A stretch of DNA of 63,303 nt, filler included. It is 15 parts of 15 records of this genome, joined end to end, with 100 filler letters (N's around TTAATTAATTAA, not from the genome) between each part and the next. Parts side by side here need not be neighbours in the genome. Positions count along the whole stretch, not along the records: positions 1 to 3,053 come from SRR7504441_55059; positions 3,154 to 7,307 come from SRR7504441_55078; positions 7,408 to 11,983 come from SRR7504441_55120; positions 12,084 to 16,606 come from SRR7504441_55130; 11 more parts are not named here. The stretch is one strand, 5' to 3'. The notes under the pieces are model-generated. The model made no database searches. It saw only the letters and a program-made list of their open reading frames with translations, and had not been told where the DNA came from. The position numbers were made by a program, and so were the translations under genes. This document shows positions 1 through 12,393 of the stretch, piece after piece. The first letter of the stretch is position 1, and each line of letters begins with the position of its first letter.

Positions 1-3000
1 GCTCACATCGGCAAGGCAGTATGGGGTTTACCTCCCCAGATGAGCTTCGCCTCTTGCACAGCAAGAGAAGTGGGGTTATTAGCAATAATGCCTCCATCCA
101 TATGCCGCTCCCACCTGTACTCGATCAGTGAGACCCAAACTTACAGGATGGCCGACCCCGTGCTGCACTGAATGGACACTGTCGGAAAGTATGTGGGTGC
201 AGCTGAAGTCGCCCGAATGGCGTCCCAGACTGTCGCCTCACAGGTGGACGGGTATGGTACCTGCGAGCCCACCTGATACCTGCAGCAAACCCAATTGAGT
301 CATGGAAAATGCACAACGGAACCCGTAAGTGCGGAACACATGAGCTCTTGCAGGATCACACATCAAACAGGACACCTGTTAAGCAAACAGTCATAGATCC
401 ACAATGCATGCGCCGCCACCGTGAAGACACGACATTCAGCAGGCAGGCTGTATAGGCGCGAATCCAGTGGTGTCATTCCACTATAATGCTTGGTGAGCAC
501 ATCCGACATGGCAGTTATGGCCCCAGGCGAGTACTTGTCAGAGAACATCGATGACTCAGCAAGCAAGTGCTCAGTTGAAAACATTGCTGACATGAGATCG
601 TTATAGATCCCTTCAAACTTTTCTGGATCCTCTTCCCAGTCGGCATCCAAATGCAAGGGCGTCTTCTGGTACACTGCGAGTGCCACCTAACACCCATACC
701 GTCACAAGGTGCCCGCATCTATTGCCCAGACCGCTAAGATCCCTCCCGCGCTGGTGCCTCCGATCAGGTCAAAGTATTCGTGAAGCGGCGCGTCGCCAAT
801 CGCTTCCTTGACCTTCTTTAGTACTTCAATTGATGCGATCGCTGCGGAACCCCCTCCGTCTAAGCAGAGCACCCGCAGCCCCCTCCCAACTGGCGGTGTC
901 ACAACTCCAAGCTGTGATAGCAGCTGTTGAGCTACTCGGCGGCAGGTCTCGCAATCTTCTGCCATTGCCCTGATGGTGCTAAGCACACGCTCCTTGGCGA
1001 GAAGCTGTCTTGCCGAACCCCGAGTGGTCACCTTAAGCACAGCGGATTGCTCAGGCGCCTCGCCATGTAGTGCCGCTTCTTTGGAGGCTAGCACTAAAAC
1101 CTCTAACTGCTTGGCATCTGCTTCATGCAGCACCATGGACGGGCACTCCCACATATCCCCTGCGAGGACGTCTCGAGCAACAAAGACGCCGTTCCGGTTT
1201 GCTCCGAGCACCACCAGCCGCACCTCTGCCAGGTTACGCTTGCGGTGTCGCTGCAGCACTGCGCGTGAAAGCTGACGGGCTTCGACCAGCTCACGGCCTG
1301 CCCAGTCACCGGAGTCGTCCCCACTCATATCCTCCGGCTGTGTGTCCTCTGTGAGAAACATTACCTGAGATCGGTCAGTCCAGCCACAGTCGACCGAGGG
1401 TCACCTCAGCAGTGCTCACAGGCAGCTCTAACTGCTCCTCTGGGTCAAGCCCATACTCAACACCCCATTCACAGAGCACGCCAGATGACGTGAAAGAATC
1501 AGTGTGCGCACCAGGAGTAGATACAGCCAGGTCAACCGTCGTCGCATCCAAAAGTGCCAGGTGGATTAATAGTTGGAGCAGGAGGGCATTTGAATGAATA
1601 TCGCACTCTTGCCACGAATGCAGCCGGGAGAATAAACCGCCTGCCAATAGCCTTAGTTGATGGAACACTAGCCAAGACCTTCTGGATCGAGTACATTGGC
1701 GCACATTAGATTCGCGAGCAACCGTTTAATCCTTGCCTTTGAGCAACTGGGGTTCTCTGCGATTGCGACTAGCACCTGTAAGCCGGCTAGGAGTTCAAGC
1801 CACACACCAAGTACCCCACCTGTACTAGGCTGTCCACAAGCAGCTTTCGCTCCTCGTCAGAAGCCGAGTTGCACACGTTTACAAGAGTCTTAACGATGTG
1901 CCCAAACTGCTGGAGTGAGCCTTGGATGGCTGCAGTGCTCGCGATTCTGCCGAGGCTCTGCAAGAAGCATACAGCCCGCTGGGCGTGTCCAGCTGCCCCA
2001 CCGCTGCCCCACCACTCCCACGACTGTGTCGTGCTCTCCAAATAAGTGAATGGCACCCACCTGCGCACCAATCAGCAACAGCTCAGGCACGGTCTGCTGC
2101 CTTTGCCCTGTCTTGAGCAAATGGATCTGCAACTCGTCAGCCCCTCTAAAGTACCGATCCAGCCGCTCGTCGCCACACAGTACGAGCAGCTCAGGTCCGC
2201 CGAGCTCAGCTGGACGCCACTGCCCGACCAGCACCACGGCCCCTGCACCCCAGAGATATTCGACCTCGCGTGCGCTGCGGAGCATCTCCCGTACCTGCGC
2301 AGGTGGGCTGGCGACAGTACTTGGGCAGGGCGCACCTCGGGCAGCGGGTGCTTGCAGTTATCTGCGCGCAGCGTCTTGAGTGTGCGTTCCACCAGCGTTC
2401 GCGAATGGTGCACCAGAGCTGCCTGCTGGCCGACATCCATTGCTACTGGTTGAATATGTAGCTGCAGCGCATGCTTATACTGCCTTTGTGAGCTCTGAAT
2501 GTGCATCACTGCGTCTGCTTCCAATCCAGCATCCCGTGGCGGCTTGAGCCTAGCAGTCACCTGCACCCACCAAGCTAGCTGGCTCATCTCCACCAAACTG
2601 CCTTGCCTGCACTTGCTCGCCCTCGCCAGCTATCCGGCCGGTCCGAGGCATGCCGAGCAGCTCGCGCAGGTCCTCGACAGCGGGGTCGGGCTCAAGGTTT
2701 GTGCTGCCGAGCACTGCAGCCGCAAGTTTGAGGTGTTCGATTATGTCTAGCCGCCGAAGCTGGACGAGCTCGGGGCTCAGACCGCCGCTCATATCAAACA
2801 TCTTGCTCCCTCGCAGAAGCGGCGGCTCCCAGCCCATCGCCTGAATTGCCGGCCGGAACCCGTCCACGATCTCTGTGAAGCTGCAGTGCGCTCTCCAGAA
2901 GCAGGCCACCGATTCAGCCCCTGACCCAAACACTGCACCGCACACCAGCACATACTGCATCGAGCCTGAATTAGCATCCACAAAGTTGTCCACCAGTACC

Positions 3001-3053
3001 AGGCACGTCGAATACACCGAGTCAGGCCCAGCCTTAGCTGCCGGCTCTGGCTC
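1..3053 (-). CDS. Large multi-exon protein with C-terminal patatin-like phospholipase domain (iPLA2/PNPLA8-like); partial, upstream exons uncertain
   Basis: ORF 702-1361 has LRVLCLDGGG and the nucleophile elbow FDLIGGTSAGG. Minus-strand 60-105 translates to HMDGGIIANNPTSLAVQEAKLIW (catalytic DGG). Upstream helical ORFs on the same strand are probably further exons. Confidence 0.75.
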
Positions 3054-3153
3054 NNNNNNNNNNNNNNNNNNNNNNNNNNNNNNNNNNNNNNNNNNNNTTA
3101 ATTAATTAANNNNNNNNNNNNNNNNNNNNNNNNNNNNNNNNNNNNNNNNNNNN
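3054..3153. other. Artificial contig-joining spacer (44 N + TTAATTAATTAA + 44 N); 14 copies in the window
   Basis: Identical 100-bp linkers with stops in all six frames at 3054, 7308, 11984, 16607, 20009, 24234, 28265, 32152, 36316, 42056, 46916, 51756, 56737 and 59908. Confidence 0.99.
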
Positions 3154-3464
3154 TGGCGAGAATCAGGAGAGGATGATGCAGTTCGGGCAATTGAAAGAGG
3201 TGGTCGGGTTCGGAGAGTATCATGAGACTGAGGCCCGATACGCCACTCAGTGATTCAATATGTTGGGTGTAAAAGCAAGTCTGCATGCTGGGTGTGTGCT
3301 AGGACTGTGAGAGCGCAATCTTGTCCTGGATGCTCTGCTCGGGCAGCAAGACCGTATCAGTTCCTAAATGCATGGCATTGTAGTGCACTTGTTTGTTTGA
3401 TAAAACATGTAGGGGGCTGTTCTACATGACATTGTAATAAATCTATCCCGCGCCTACGTACGAT

Positions 3465-3499
3465 GCCTCCGCCTCCGCGCGCCTCCGCCTCCGCCTCCG
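3465..3499. repeat. (GCCTCC)n microsatellite-like tract
   Basis: gcctccgcctccgcgcgcctccgcctccgcctcc in an AT-rich spacer. Confidence 0.8.
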
Positions 3500-3657
3500 A
3501 CAGCTCCGGGCTACTTCAGCATCAAGACTTAGTACCGGTAAGCTAACACTCAGGATTTAGCATACCAGGTTCAATATTTAATTAACCCCCTTGATATACC
3601 CTTGATATACCCGACTCTAGAGATTACTACGTAGAGATAACATTAAATTTTGTGTAG

Positions 3658-6153
3658 CTACTCAAACTCGACAATAAAATCGTCAGCAGAGACAACATCC
3701 TCGGTCTTAAAGTGAATTGCCTTCACTGTGCCTGCAGAAGTGGCCCGGAGCACATTGTGCATCTTCATTGCCTCCAGCACAGCAATCTCCTGCCCCGGTG
3801 CGACTTCGTCCCCCTTGGAGACTGCAATCTTCCGGATTGTCCCAGAGATCGGGGCAACCACAACCTTTGACAGATCCAGCTCCGGAATCACCGGCATGTG
3901 TGCCATTGCGGCTTTCTGCCGCGCGTCCAGCACATTCACCTCCCACACGCTTCCATGGTATTGGAGAGTATACCTGTCATTCAGTCAGTCCAGCTCCAGA
4001 CACCGGGCGTACCCAGTTAGAGTCTCCCCAATAAACTGGGCCACACTAGGGGTCGAATCGAGCGTGGCTCGCACAATCGGGCTGGCGGCCACGTAGTCGC
4101 TCTCGAGAGCCACAGGCGGGTTGCCATCCACGCTTACCTCGAATTCGAGGTAGCCAAACCCGTCGCAGCACTCGGACACTGCCACGTGGTGCTGCGGCCA
4201 CCGTCAGCGCCACCCCCGGGGCTGCCCCACCTCCAGCGTGGCACTGCCCGAGCTCATCTGGATGTGCGCCTCGAAATCGCTCGGCAGATCAAATCCGCTC
4301 AGTGCCCCGGAGCCGTGATTGAATGAGACCTGTCCACAGTCAGCTTGTTCGCTCGATGGTTGCTCGCACGTTGCGCTGTCGGGTCACTTGATGCACCAGA
4401 GCTGCAATCGCCGCCAGCTGCTCGCCAGCTGGCCCCGAGAGCTGCGGCTTGAACCCTTCAGGGTATTTGTTTTTGATGAAGTTGGTGGTGAGAGCCCCGC
4501 TGTGGCCTCGCCCTGAGACAGGCCAGGCAGATGCGACACCTCCTGAACTCTTCAGAGTCAACAATGTCGTACAGCAACGGCACGTTGTGTCGCAGGCCCT
4601 CGATCACGTACGAGTCCAGGGCCTGACCCGCCGCCTGTGAGCCCCGGCACGCGCGGTGCTGCCACCTCAACCATCGTGTTGATCGCAGCCTCACGATCTG
4701 GCCCATGCGTGCACAGCTTGCAGATCATCGGATCATAGTACCTGCGACAGAGCCGTCACCGAATACAGCCGCCGGCCCGGCACATTGAAATCTCGGAGCC
4801 GTCTGCCACGCCGGAGTCGCACCTCACGTTCTGCATCACTTCCGCAGGCTCCACGTAGCTGACCCCTCGCCTGAGCTCGGCCCACACAAGCCGCACACCG
4901 CGTGAGCAGCCCAACAGAAGGCAAAAAATCGCGCGACGGATCTTCGGCGTACACGCGCGACTCGATGGCCCAGCCGCTCATGTTGGCCGGGTCGGACCAG
5001 TCAGTCTCGAGCAGTGGCGCTGGGATCGGCTGGCCAGCGCTTACGTGCAGCATCAGCTCGACAAGGTCGATCCCGGTGATCAGCTCGGTCACCGGGTGTT
5101 CCACCTGCAGCCGGGTGTTCATCTCGAGGAAATAAAAGTTCTCGTCGTTATCGCAAAGGAACTCGACTGTGCCGGCCGAGTGGTACCCACACGCCTTAGC
5201 CAGCTGAGCTGCCTGGCTCTGCATCGCCTTGCGGGTGGCCGGCGACAGCAGCACCGACGGCGCCTCCTCGACCACTTTCTGGTTCCGCCGCTGGATCGAG
5301 CACTCGCGCTCTGGCAGAGTGAGCACCTGAGAGCGACTCAGCCCGGCCTGGCGCTGCGCAGCTCACATTGCCGTGCTTGTCGCCCACGAGCTGGATCTCT
5401 ATATGCCGCCCATCCACGGGGCACACAAAGTGCTGGATCAGCATCCTGTTGTCCCCGAACGAGGCCATTGCCTCGTCGCGCGCCAGCTGGAAGCCGACCT
5501 TGAGCTCCTCCTCGTTCCACGCCACGCGCATCCCCTTGCCGCCGCCCCCGGCGCTGGCCTTCATAATGATGGGATACTCAATCTTATTCGCAATTTCGAT
5601 CGCGTGCGCCACGTCGTGCACCTCCCCGTCGTACCGCGGCGCTGTGCTCACCCCCGCGGCCTGCGCCAGCCTCATCGACTCAATCTTGTCGCCCATGGCG
5701 TTGATCGCCGAGGCGGACGGCCCGATGAACTCGATTTGCTCGTCTGCCAGCCGCTGTGCGAAGTCGGCATTCTCAGAGAGGAATCCGTACCCTGGGTGGA
5801 TCGCCTGGGCCCCGGTGGCCTTGGCCGCCTCCACGATGTTGTCCACTCTGAGGTAGCTGTCGGCCGACGCGGCCGGCCCGACGCAGACCGCCTCGTCGGC
5901 CATCCGGACGTGCACTGCCCGCTCGTCCGCCTCGGAGTACACTGCCACCGTCTTGATCCCCAGCCGACGGGCAGTCTTGAACACCCGGCAGGCGATCTGC
6001 CCGCGCCGGCTGGCCAGCGGCCCGGGCAGGGCCGGCAGGCACCTCGCCGCGGTTGGCGACCATGATCTTGTCGAAGGGCGGGGCAGTCGGGCTGGACGAG
6101 TACAGCCGACATGCTCGCAGCGCCCTCGCGCGGCCCGGCAATCGTCGCAACAT
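3658..6153 (-). CDS. PCCA: Propionyl-CoA carboxylase alpha chain (biotin carboxylase + biotin carrier), mitochondrial, multi-intron
   Basis: After removing ~40-46 nt GT-AG introns: [57 protein letters not shown] (PCC-type NQK), [28 protein letters not shown] biotin site. Arg-rich presequence from ATG 6153. Confidence 0.93.
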
Positions 6154-6589
6154 TGCCCTCCTCGCAGCGCCCTCGGCGGCGGCAGTGACAGCAACGGCAA
6201 TCTCTCGAGTTGCGGCGCGAGCAACTGGCATGCTTGCCTGTTCACGCTTAGTTCACGCTTGGTGGACTTCAGCGATGATCACTTGAGATATCTAGATCAA
6301 GATCACATGTGAAAAGTGTTCAGACTCATGGATGATCGTACACATGTAACAATTAATGTTGAAAATGTGCATGTACTAAAAATGTACAATAGGTGAGAGT
6401 AAGGTGAGAGGTGCAAATGCGCTCAAAGTCCAGTGAATGTGAATCAGTTATCTTCTACATAGATTCATTCGACTAGCAAAGTTCTATCAGCGCGATGAGC
6501 CTCCTCCGGTCTGTAGGACATGGGGTCTTTCGCCAGTATCTTGCCTATCTTGCCAGTCACCCGGTGCTCAGATATTTGTGAAGTGATAG

Positions 6590-7307
6590 CTAGCTGCTCA
6601 GGGCTTGGATCTTACGCATCACTTTGTGGCGGTGAAGCTTATGCTTAATTCCCAGCTCATCAAGAGTCTCATCGTCAATGAACGGCAGGTCCTCACCTTC
6701 GACGCCCATTGCCCTAAAGCTCTCTACGTATGTTGAAGTGTAATCCCCAAAGTGTATCGTCCTTATCCAATCTGCCACGTCTGCTATAGACCAGCCTTCA
6801 TAATCCCCACAAGTCGCCACAGGAACGATGGCAGCTTGAGCGACCGGCTGGGCAGCCTGCTGTGTTATAGCGGGTGCCGCTACAGCCTTTGGCTCCGCTA
6901 CATCAGCGCCTGTCCCAAAGGTAGCAAAGGTGCTAGCGCTAGTGCCACCTCCTCCGAAGGTGCTAGTGCCACCTCCTCCAAAGGTGCTGGTGCCACTTCC
7001 TCCGAAGGTGCTATTGCCACCACCAAAACTTGCAGCTCCTCCAAAGGCACCCGAGCCAAGCACACTCGTACCGCCAAAAACAGCCTGCGCCGGGGTACTG
7101 GACGGAGGTGTGCTCGAGCCTGAGAACCCAGTGTTCTGAGGCGGTGGCGGGGGCGGTGGTGGAGGAGGAGGACTTGCATTGGCCACCGGTGGGGCTGCGC
7201 CAAACATAGGGGGTGGCCCGGCAGGGAGCGGAGGAAGCACGGGCGGCTTAGAGGGCTCTGTTTTCTCGGGTGACAAAGCAGAGGCAGAGGGGGCAGCAGC
7301 CTGGGGC
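6590..7307 (-). CDS. 3' part of a protein with Pro-rich tract, FG repeats and a C-terminal SAM domain (partial)
   Basis: Poly-Pro, then FGG/STFGGGG repeats, then WSIADVADWIRTIHFGDY...FRAMGVEGEDLPFIDDETLDELGIKHKLHRHKVMRKI (SAM consensus). Confidence 0.8.
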
Positions 7308-7599
7308 NNNNNNNNNNNNNNNNNNNNNNNNNNNNNNNNNNNNNNNNNNNNTTAATTAATTAANNNNNNNNNNNNNNNNNNNNNNNNNNNNNNNNNNNNN
7401 NNNNNNNAGTTTGAAAAGGAAACTAAATCGGTCCGGCGTAAACTAATGCGCCAAGGGTTTCAAAAGTTTCCAAACAAATGAACATTGAATAAACACGATG
7501 TATACATATCATTGATTGTAACCGCGCGCGCGCACTTCTTTGGACGCGAGTCACGCGACCTGCACTGCCGGAGTAATACCGTTAGGAATACCGTTGACA

Positions 7600-9004
7600 A
7601 TGGTCGAGCCTGTGCCTGAAGACCTGCTCGAAGCTGGCGTGGCAGAAGACCCGGCAGACAGCCCCCAGACAGCCGAGCCCGAGCTTGCCGAGCCCGCCAG
7701 CCAGCCGGAGCCTGCCCCCGCCGAGTCCGCGGCCGAGCCCGCTCCGGCCGAGCCCGCGACTGACGAGCCCGCGGCTCCGGCCGAGCACGCTGCCCTGCCA
7801 GCAGGCCCGACGCTCGCGGACATTCACGCGGTTCAGCACGGCGCCAGTTGGCTCGGCCGTGTGCTCCACGGCGTGGACCAGGCCCGGGAGCAGCTCCGAC
7901 CGGGTGGCGGGCTCTGCCCCGAGCCTCCGCAGATGGTGGGGCCGCCGCGCGGGCGGGTGGGACGCTCGATCGTTCAGGCCGAGTTAGACAGCTGGTCCCC
8001 GTTTTACGGGCAGCCACCGCCCGGGATGCTCCCAAGCCGCCCACCAGGCATTGGTCCGATGGGGCTAGCAGGTGCTGGGGCAGCGGATGACGACGGCGGG
8101 CGGGGAGGCGAGGCTGTGGTGCAAGTGGTAAACGAGAAGGGGGTGAGCTGGCGCCGGACCGCCAGTTTCACCGACCTGCTCGACGACCAGACCGGACCGT
8201 GCCTCAAGGCCGAGCTGCGTGGGACAATTGAGCCGGGCGAGGACGGCGTGGTCTTCCTCCGGGTGGTCATGCCCGCCAAGGCCAAGCACAGGCAAGCAGC
8301 CCGGCCGGCCGGCGTGACCTGTTGGCAGGGTGCAGTACCTGCCGTTGAACACCCCGGATGGCGAACAGCTCTGCGAGCTAATCACCCGAGGCCAGGCACA
8401 GTTCGCCGGAATGCCACCGCCGCCACCACCGATGATGGGTCCACCGCCGCCACCGCATATGATGGGTCCACCGCCGCCACAGATGGAGAGGCGCCACCCA
8501 GTTCAGGGTGAGCCACAATTCCAGAGCCGAGTCGAGCGGGCGGCTGCACGGCTCCGCCCCACACCGTTTGGCAAAGGCTCAAGCGACGCTCTGGCGCGGA
8601 TAGAGAAGTCTATAGACACCCAGACACCCATGCCCCGGCCTCGGTATTTCTCGGCCGCTGACATGCACGTGCAGCGGAGGGCGGGCAAGCCGTCTGGGCC
8701 ACTGTGCAGAGAGGTTATGAATATATGCGACAGACTGGACGCCAAGATCAGACAGGCTAGTCCGACCCGGCAGCCCAGGAGCCCGATGGCCGGTTTGCCG
8801 GGCAGGGCCTGGCCAAGCGGCTGGCCTAGCACGCCACCGGTTGGGCTGACAGGAATGGCGGCACGGGAGGGGTTCGGGAGGCCGGGGATGGCACCCTCGC
8901 CGGGGCCGTCGCCGGGGCAGCGGGCCGCGGCGCTGTTGGATGACTTAGTGAGCGAGCGCAAGGAGCGGCTGTGGGGGACACTCCAAGGAGAGTTCGGTCA
9001 TTAG
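7600..9004 (+). CDS. Hypothetical Pro/Ala/Glu-rich protein with a possible SH3-like domain
   Basis: ATG 7600. ORFs 7540-8511 and 8330-9004 join in frame via a 37-nt GC-AG intron (8292-8328), giving ...KHRVQYLPLNTPDG. Confidence 0.6.
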
Positions 9005-9230
9005 AATGTATCATATCAATAGCCCGTGCATTAGAATGTATCATTATTGTTCAGACGGTATACTCGTAAGAATGAGATAAGAATCAGACATCATCTATTG
9101 TGTTTCATTTGATCTGTTGCGGTGACAAACCAATCCTGGGCATGGCTGAGCCTAGGCTGAGCCGCGTGCAATCGGGTCGATCGGTGCAACTGTATTGTAC
9201 TATTGTAGTTGCATACGTACATTTACATCT

Positions 9231-9653
9231 AATCAATGCGCCATTATGAAATAAAAGCAGTGCCAGTGCACCCGCACAGCTACGCCCAAGCGCCGGCGGT
9301 CGCGCGGGGCTCACTCGCCCTTGACAGTGCCGGCCATGGCCCTGCCGAGCCCGATGCCGACGGCCGTGAACCCGATCATGATCCCCATCATCCCGAGGGT
9401 CAGCACCGCCGCCTGCCCCCCCTCGGCCGGTGCCCAGCCTCGCGCCGCTGCCTGCAGTTGGTACAGATGGGCCAGCGACGCGCAGCTGAGCAGCGTGAGC
9501 GAGACCAGAGAGAGCATACCGAATGTGCTCACCTGCCGTCCGGCTGGTCGACCCCGGGACGGGAAGGACCCCCGCGAAGAGCGCCACGGCCAGCCCGAGC
9601 ACCAGCATCAACGTCACGCCAAAGCACAGCGCCGCCAGCAGCACCCCCGCCAT
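9231..9653 (-). CDS. Small multi-pass membrane protein, hypothetical; 3' end uncertain
   Basis: Hydrophobic exons MAGVLLAALCFGVTLMLVLGLAVALFAG and VSTFGMLSLVSLTLL...LGMMGIMIGFTAVGIGLG joined by a 37-nt GT-AG intron. Confidence 0.55.
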
Positions 9654-9738
9654 CGCCTGCCCGACACACCTGAGTCCCGCGCCCGGCTCCAGGGCATTGC
9701 CTCGTCAACGGCTTTTAGAGGTGCACCGCGGCGAGGCA

Positions 9739-10568
9739 ATGCGGGCAGTTTCGTTCTCCGGTGGGGGCGCGCTGCTTGTGTACCACCTCGGGGCGATCAG
9801 CGCGATCCAGGCGACCGGGCGCACCGTCAGCCGCTGGGCCGGCTCGTCGGCAGGCTCCATCGCGGCGGTCGCGGCCCGCTGCCTCCCCGGGCAGATCGAA
9901 GCACTGGCCGCCGCAGCTAGCGCCGGCCGCGGGCTTACCGGATTGCTGGAGATGCTCCCAGCGGACGCGCACCAGGCTGCGAGCGGGTCGGTGCAGGTCT
10001 GCCTTACAGACTGCCAGGACGGGGCGGCAGTCCAGCTGGATCAGTTTGAGAGCCGTGCGGCGCTGTGCGCGGCTGTGCGGGCCTCCTGTACTATCCCGCC
10101 GAGCAAGCACCCTCTGGAGCTGCTCTACTCGCGGTCCGGGCCAGTGCCGGCCTGTGAGGGCGTGGAGGTCCCTGGGATCGAGGGGAGATACGTGGACGGC
10201 GGGCTGAGTCAGAATGTTCCCCATGTGACCGGCCACCAGCTGCTAAAGGTGTGCGTGATGGCGGGCCCGGCCGCAACGGACTGCGTGATGCCGTTGGACG
10301 CCGGCCTAGACGCTGTGCGGTGAGAGGCTTGGGCTGCGGCCGGGCGAGCGGGGTTAGGATTGGGACTGTGGATATATCCGGGCAGCTGGTCCACGCATCC
10401 GTTGGCAATTTGAGGCGCGCAGTGACGGCCTTGGGAGGTGCTGGCTGTGCCGGAGTGCTGGTGGTTAGCTGTGGGGTCGCAGGCGGTGGGACTGGTCAAA
10501 TGAAGCGCTTGTTCGAGCGAGGTAAAGAGGACACGAGTCGGATGCTTGCCCGATCTCAATCGTGGTAA
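9739..10568 (+). CDS. Patatin-like phospholipase/lipase (PNPLA/ATGL-like)
   Basis: VSFSGGGALLVYHLG, WAGSSAGS (GxSxG), YVDGGLSQNVP. One 38-nt GT-AG intron at 10320-10357. Confidence 0.88.
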
Positions 10569-10680
10569 TACACGCTTTAAATCAAACTGAACTTCTATGT
10601 GCACACGCATACTTATTGATCCAACAATGCTGTAACAATGATGGCCTTCAGTTGTGCATGGCACTGCTATTCGTTTGAAG

Positions 10681-11000
10681 CTATACGGCGCACACGAACC
10701 CCTCTGAGCTTGTTAGCGTTGGGCTGTTCACAACCTCTTCTGCTTTTACACTAATTCGTCGACGCCGTGGCTGATCGTCGCCGGAATCCAGCCGTTCCCA
10801 TGTCGAGGCATTGGTCGCTAATGCCGCATCCTCCGTCGACTGTGTTCCATCCCCGCCCCGGGGGGACAGATGAAGCGTTGTTGAGTCCCAATCGTCATCG
10901 TCTGCACCCGCGTTATGGCTGGGCTTACTTTGGGTGCATACCAATCGAATTTCCAGGCAGTGATTCCCACCGAGAAGAACTTCTAGTCTGGCGTCCACTG
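10681..11000 (-). CDS. Hypothetical protein exon
   Basis: 105-aa ORF with plausible composition; no recognisable domain; start unclear. Confidence 0.25.
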
Positions 11001-11212
11001 TGCCTGCTGTTGCGCTCCATGCGCCGTTGTGAGTGCAAAAATGCCATTACGCCCATGCCTGCCAGCATCACATCAGCTCTACGCACAGCGCCAGGACTCA
11101 CCAAGTGCTAGCTCTTGCTTGCTCAGCCTTCGCTCGGGCACATCTTCTACACCGTCTAAATTTGCCTTCCTAAATTTCCAATACCATTCTCCGCTGCCCC
11201 TGTAAAATCAGT

Positions 11213-11482
11213 TTGCACTTCAAACGGCAACCCATCGAGGCGGCCACCATTTGCTGGGAGATCGTCGGCCACGGCTCGCCGGGCAACGCGATGGTCCCGC
11301 AGACCCTCATGGCCGTGTTCGCGTCCATCACCACCTACACGACCGTCACCGACGGCGGCGCCGTGGTCAAGGGCGCCGACCCGGCTCTAACGAACATCAT
11401 GCTTGGCTGCACCGCTGGCTGCTGGCTGCTCTGGGCCGCCTCCGCGCTCAAGATGGTCACCGCCGGGAAGAAGAAGGACTAG
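11213..11482 (+). pseudogene. Orphan 3' fragment (or last exon) of a small membrane protein ending in KKKD
   Basis: Strong C3 codon bias over 11240-11480, two hydrophobic helices, C-terminal di-lysine motif. The frame begins after an AT-rich block with no clear 5' exon. Confidence 0.45.
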
Positions 11483-11717
11483 AAAGAAACCCGCTGCATA
11501 CATATGTTACGCACACAGGGGATGCCTCCTGTGTAGCATCAAATACACGCAAGCAAGGGATAGGACCGTGCGCCTCCCGGAGACGTACCGAGACGCCTCG
11601 CGGGGTGAGTATACTTAGAGTAAACTCGCGAGTTTGACAATGACAGTGACTGACTATAGCTAGAACTTTATATTGATATGATTCACACAACGCTCTGCAG
11701 TTGTATGCGCAACGCCA

Positions 11718-11983
11718 CTAGGTGATGTATTCATGTTCTAGCTCCTCGCGCGACTCGACGAAGAAATGCTGGTTCAGATCCTCCGGCACACTCTCTAGTG
11801 ACCCGACAAGCTCGCATGCCGCGACCGGCAACCAAGCCCGCTCGGTCGCCAGATCCACGGCCTCGCCCGCACCCAACCGGCCGCTCCACTGGCCAAAACC
11901 TGCAGTCCACTCCGGCAGCTCCTCAGGCAGCCGCATACACGCCCCCAGCCCGCCGCCCGGGCTTGTTATCTCTTCAGCCCACC
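11718..11983 (-). CDS. 3' end of a hypothetical protein (contig-truncated)
   Basis: GC-rich open frame from the contig end to a stop at 11718, followed by an AT-rich spacer. Confidence 0.45.
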
Positions 11984-12393
11984 NNNNNNNNNNNNNNNNN
12001 NNNNNNNNNNNNNNNNNNNNNNNNNNNTTAATTAATTAANNNNNNNNNNNNNNNNNNNNNNNNNNNNNNNNNNNNNNNNNNNNCCTTGTAGTGGGCCCGT
12101 GTGGTCTGTTACAGGTCGGCGGCATCGCCTAGGGCAGAGGTAAGCAGGGAAGACATGTTGGTTCTAAGATGATACCTTTATTGATGGCCACCACGGCCGA
12201 GTGACAATGCGCCACATCGCAGTCAGTCTACAAATAACAGAATAATCTAACGGACTATTCTACTCCTGAGTCACGACTTAAACTGCATTTAATAAATCAA
12301 AAAAAAACTGGAACACTGCACTGCTGCTGCCGGGGAAAGTCGGTTGGACAGTTTTTTCAACTGACACAACCGGTCGGAGTCGCGCCAGGCATC

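Noticed and set aside
3098-3109. Regularly recurring TTAATTAATTAA palindrome
   Set aside because: Synthetic six-frame-stop linker flanked by 44 N on each side; not biological. ORFs ending in XXX-LIN are artefacts.
8999-9044. 16-nt direct repeat with 14-nt spacer as a mini-CRISPR
   Set aside because: Only two short units, no cas genes, eukaryotic context.
11521-11663. Helitron 3' end (hairpin + CTAG)
   Set aside because: The palindrome is ~24 nt from the nearest CTAG, further than typical, and there is no second copy or Rep/Hel gene.
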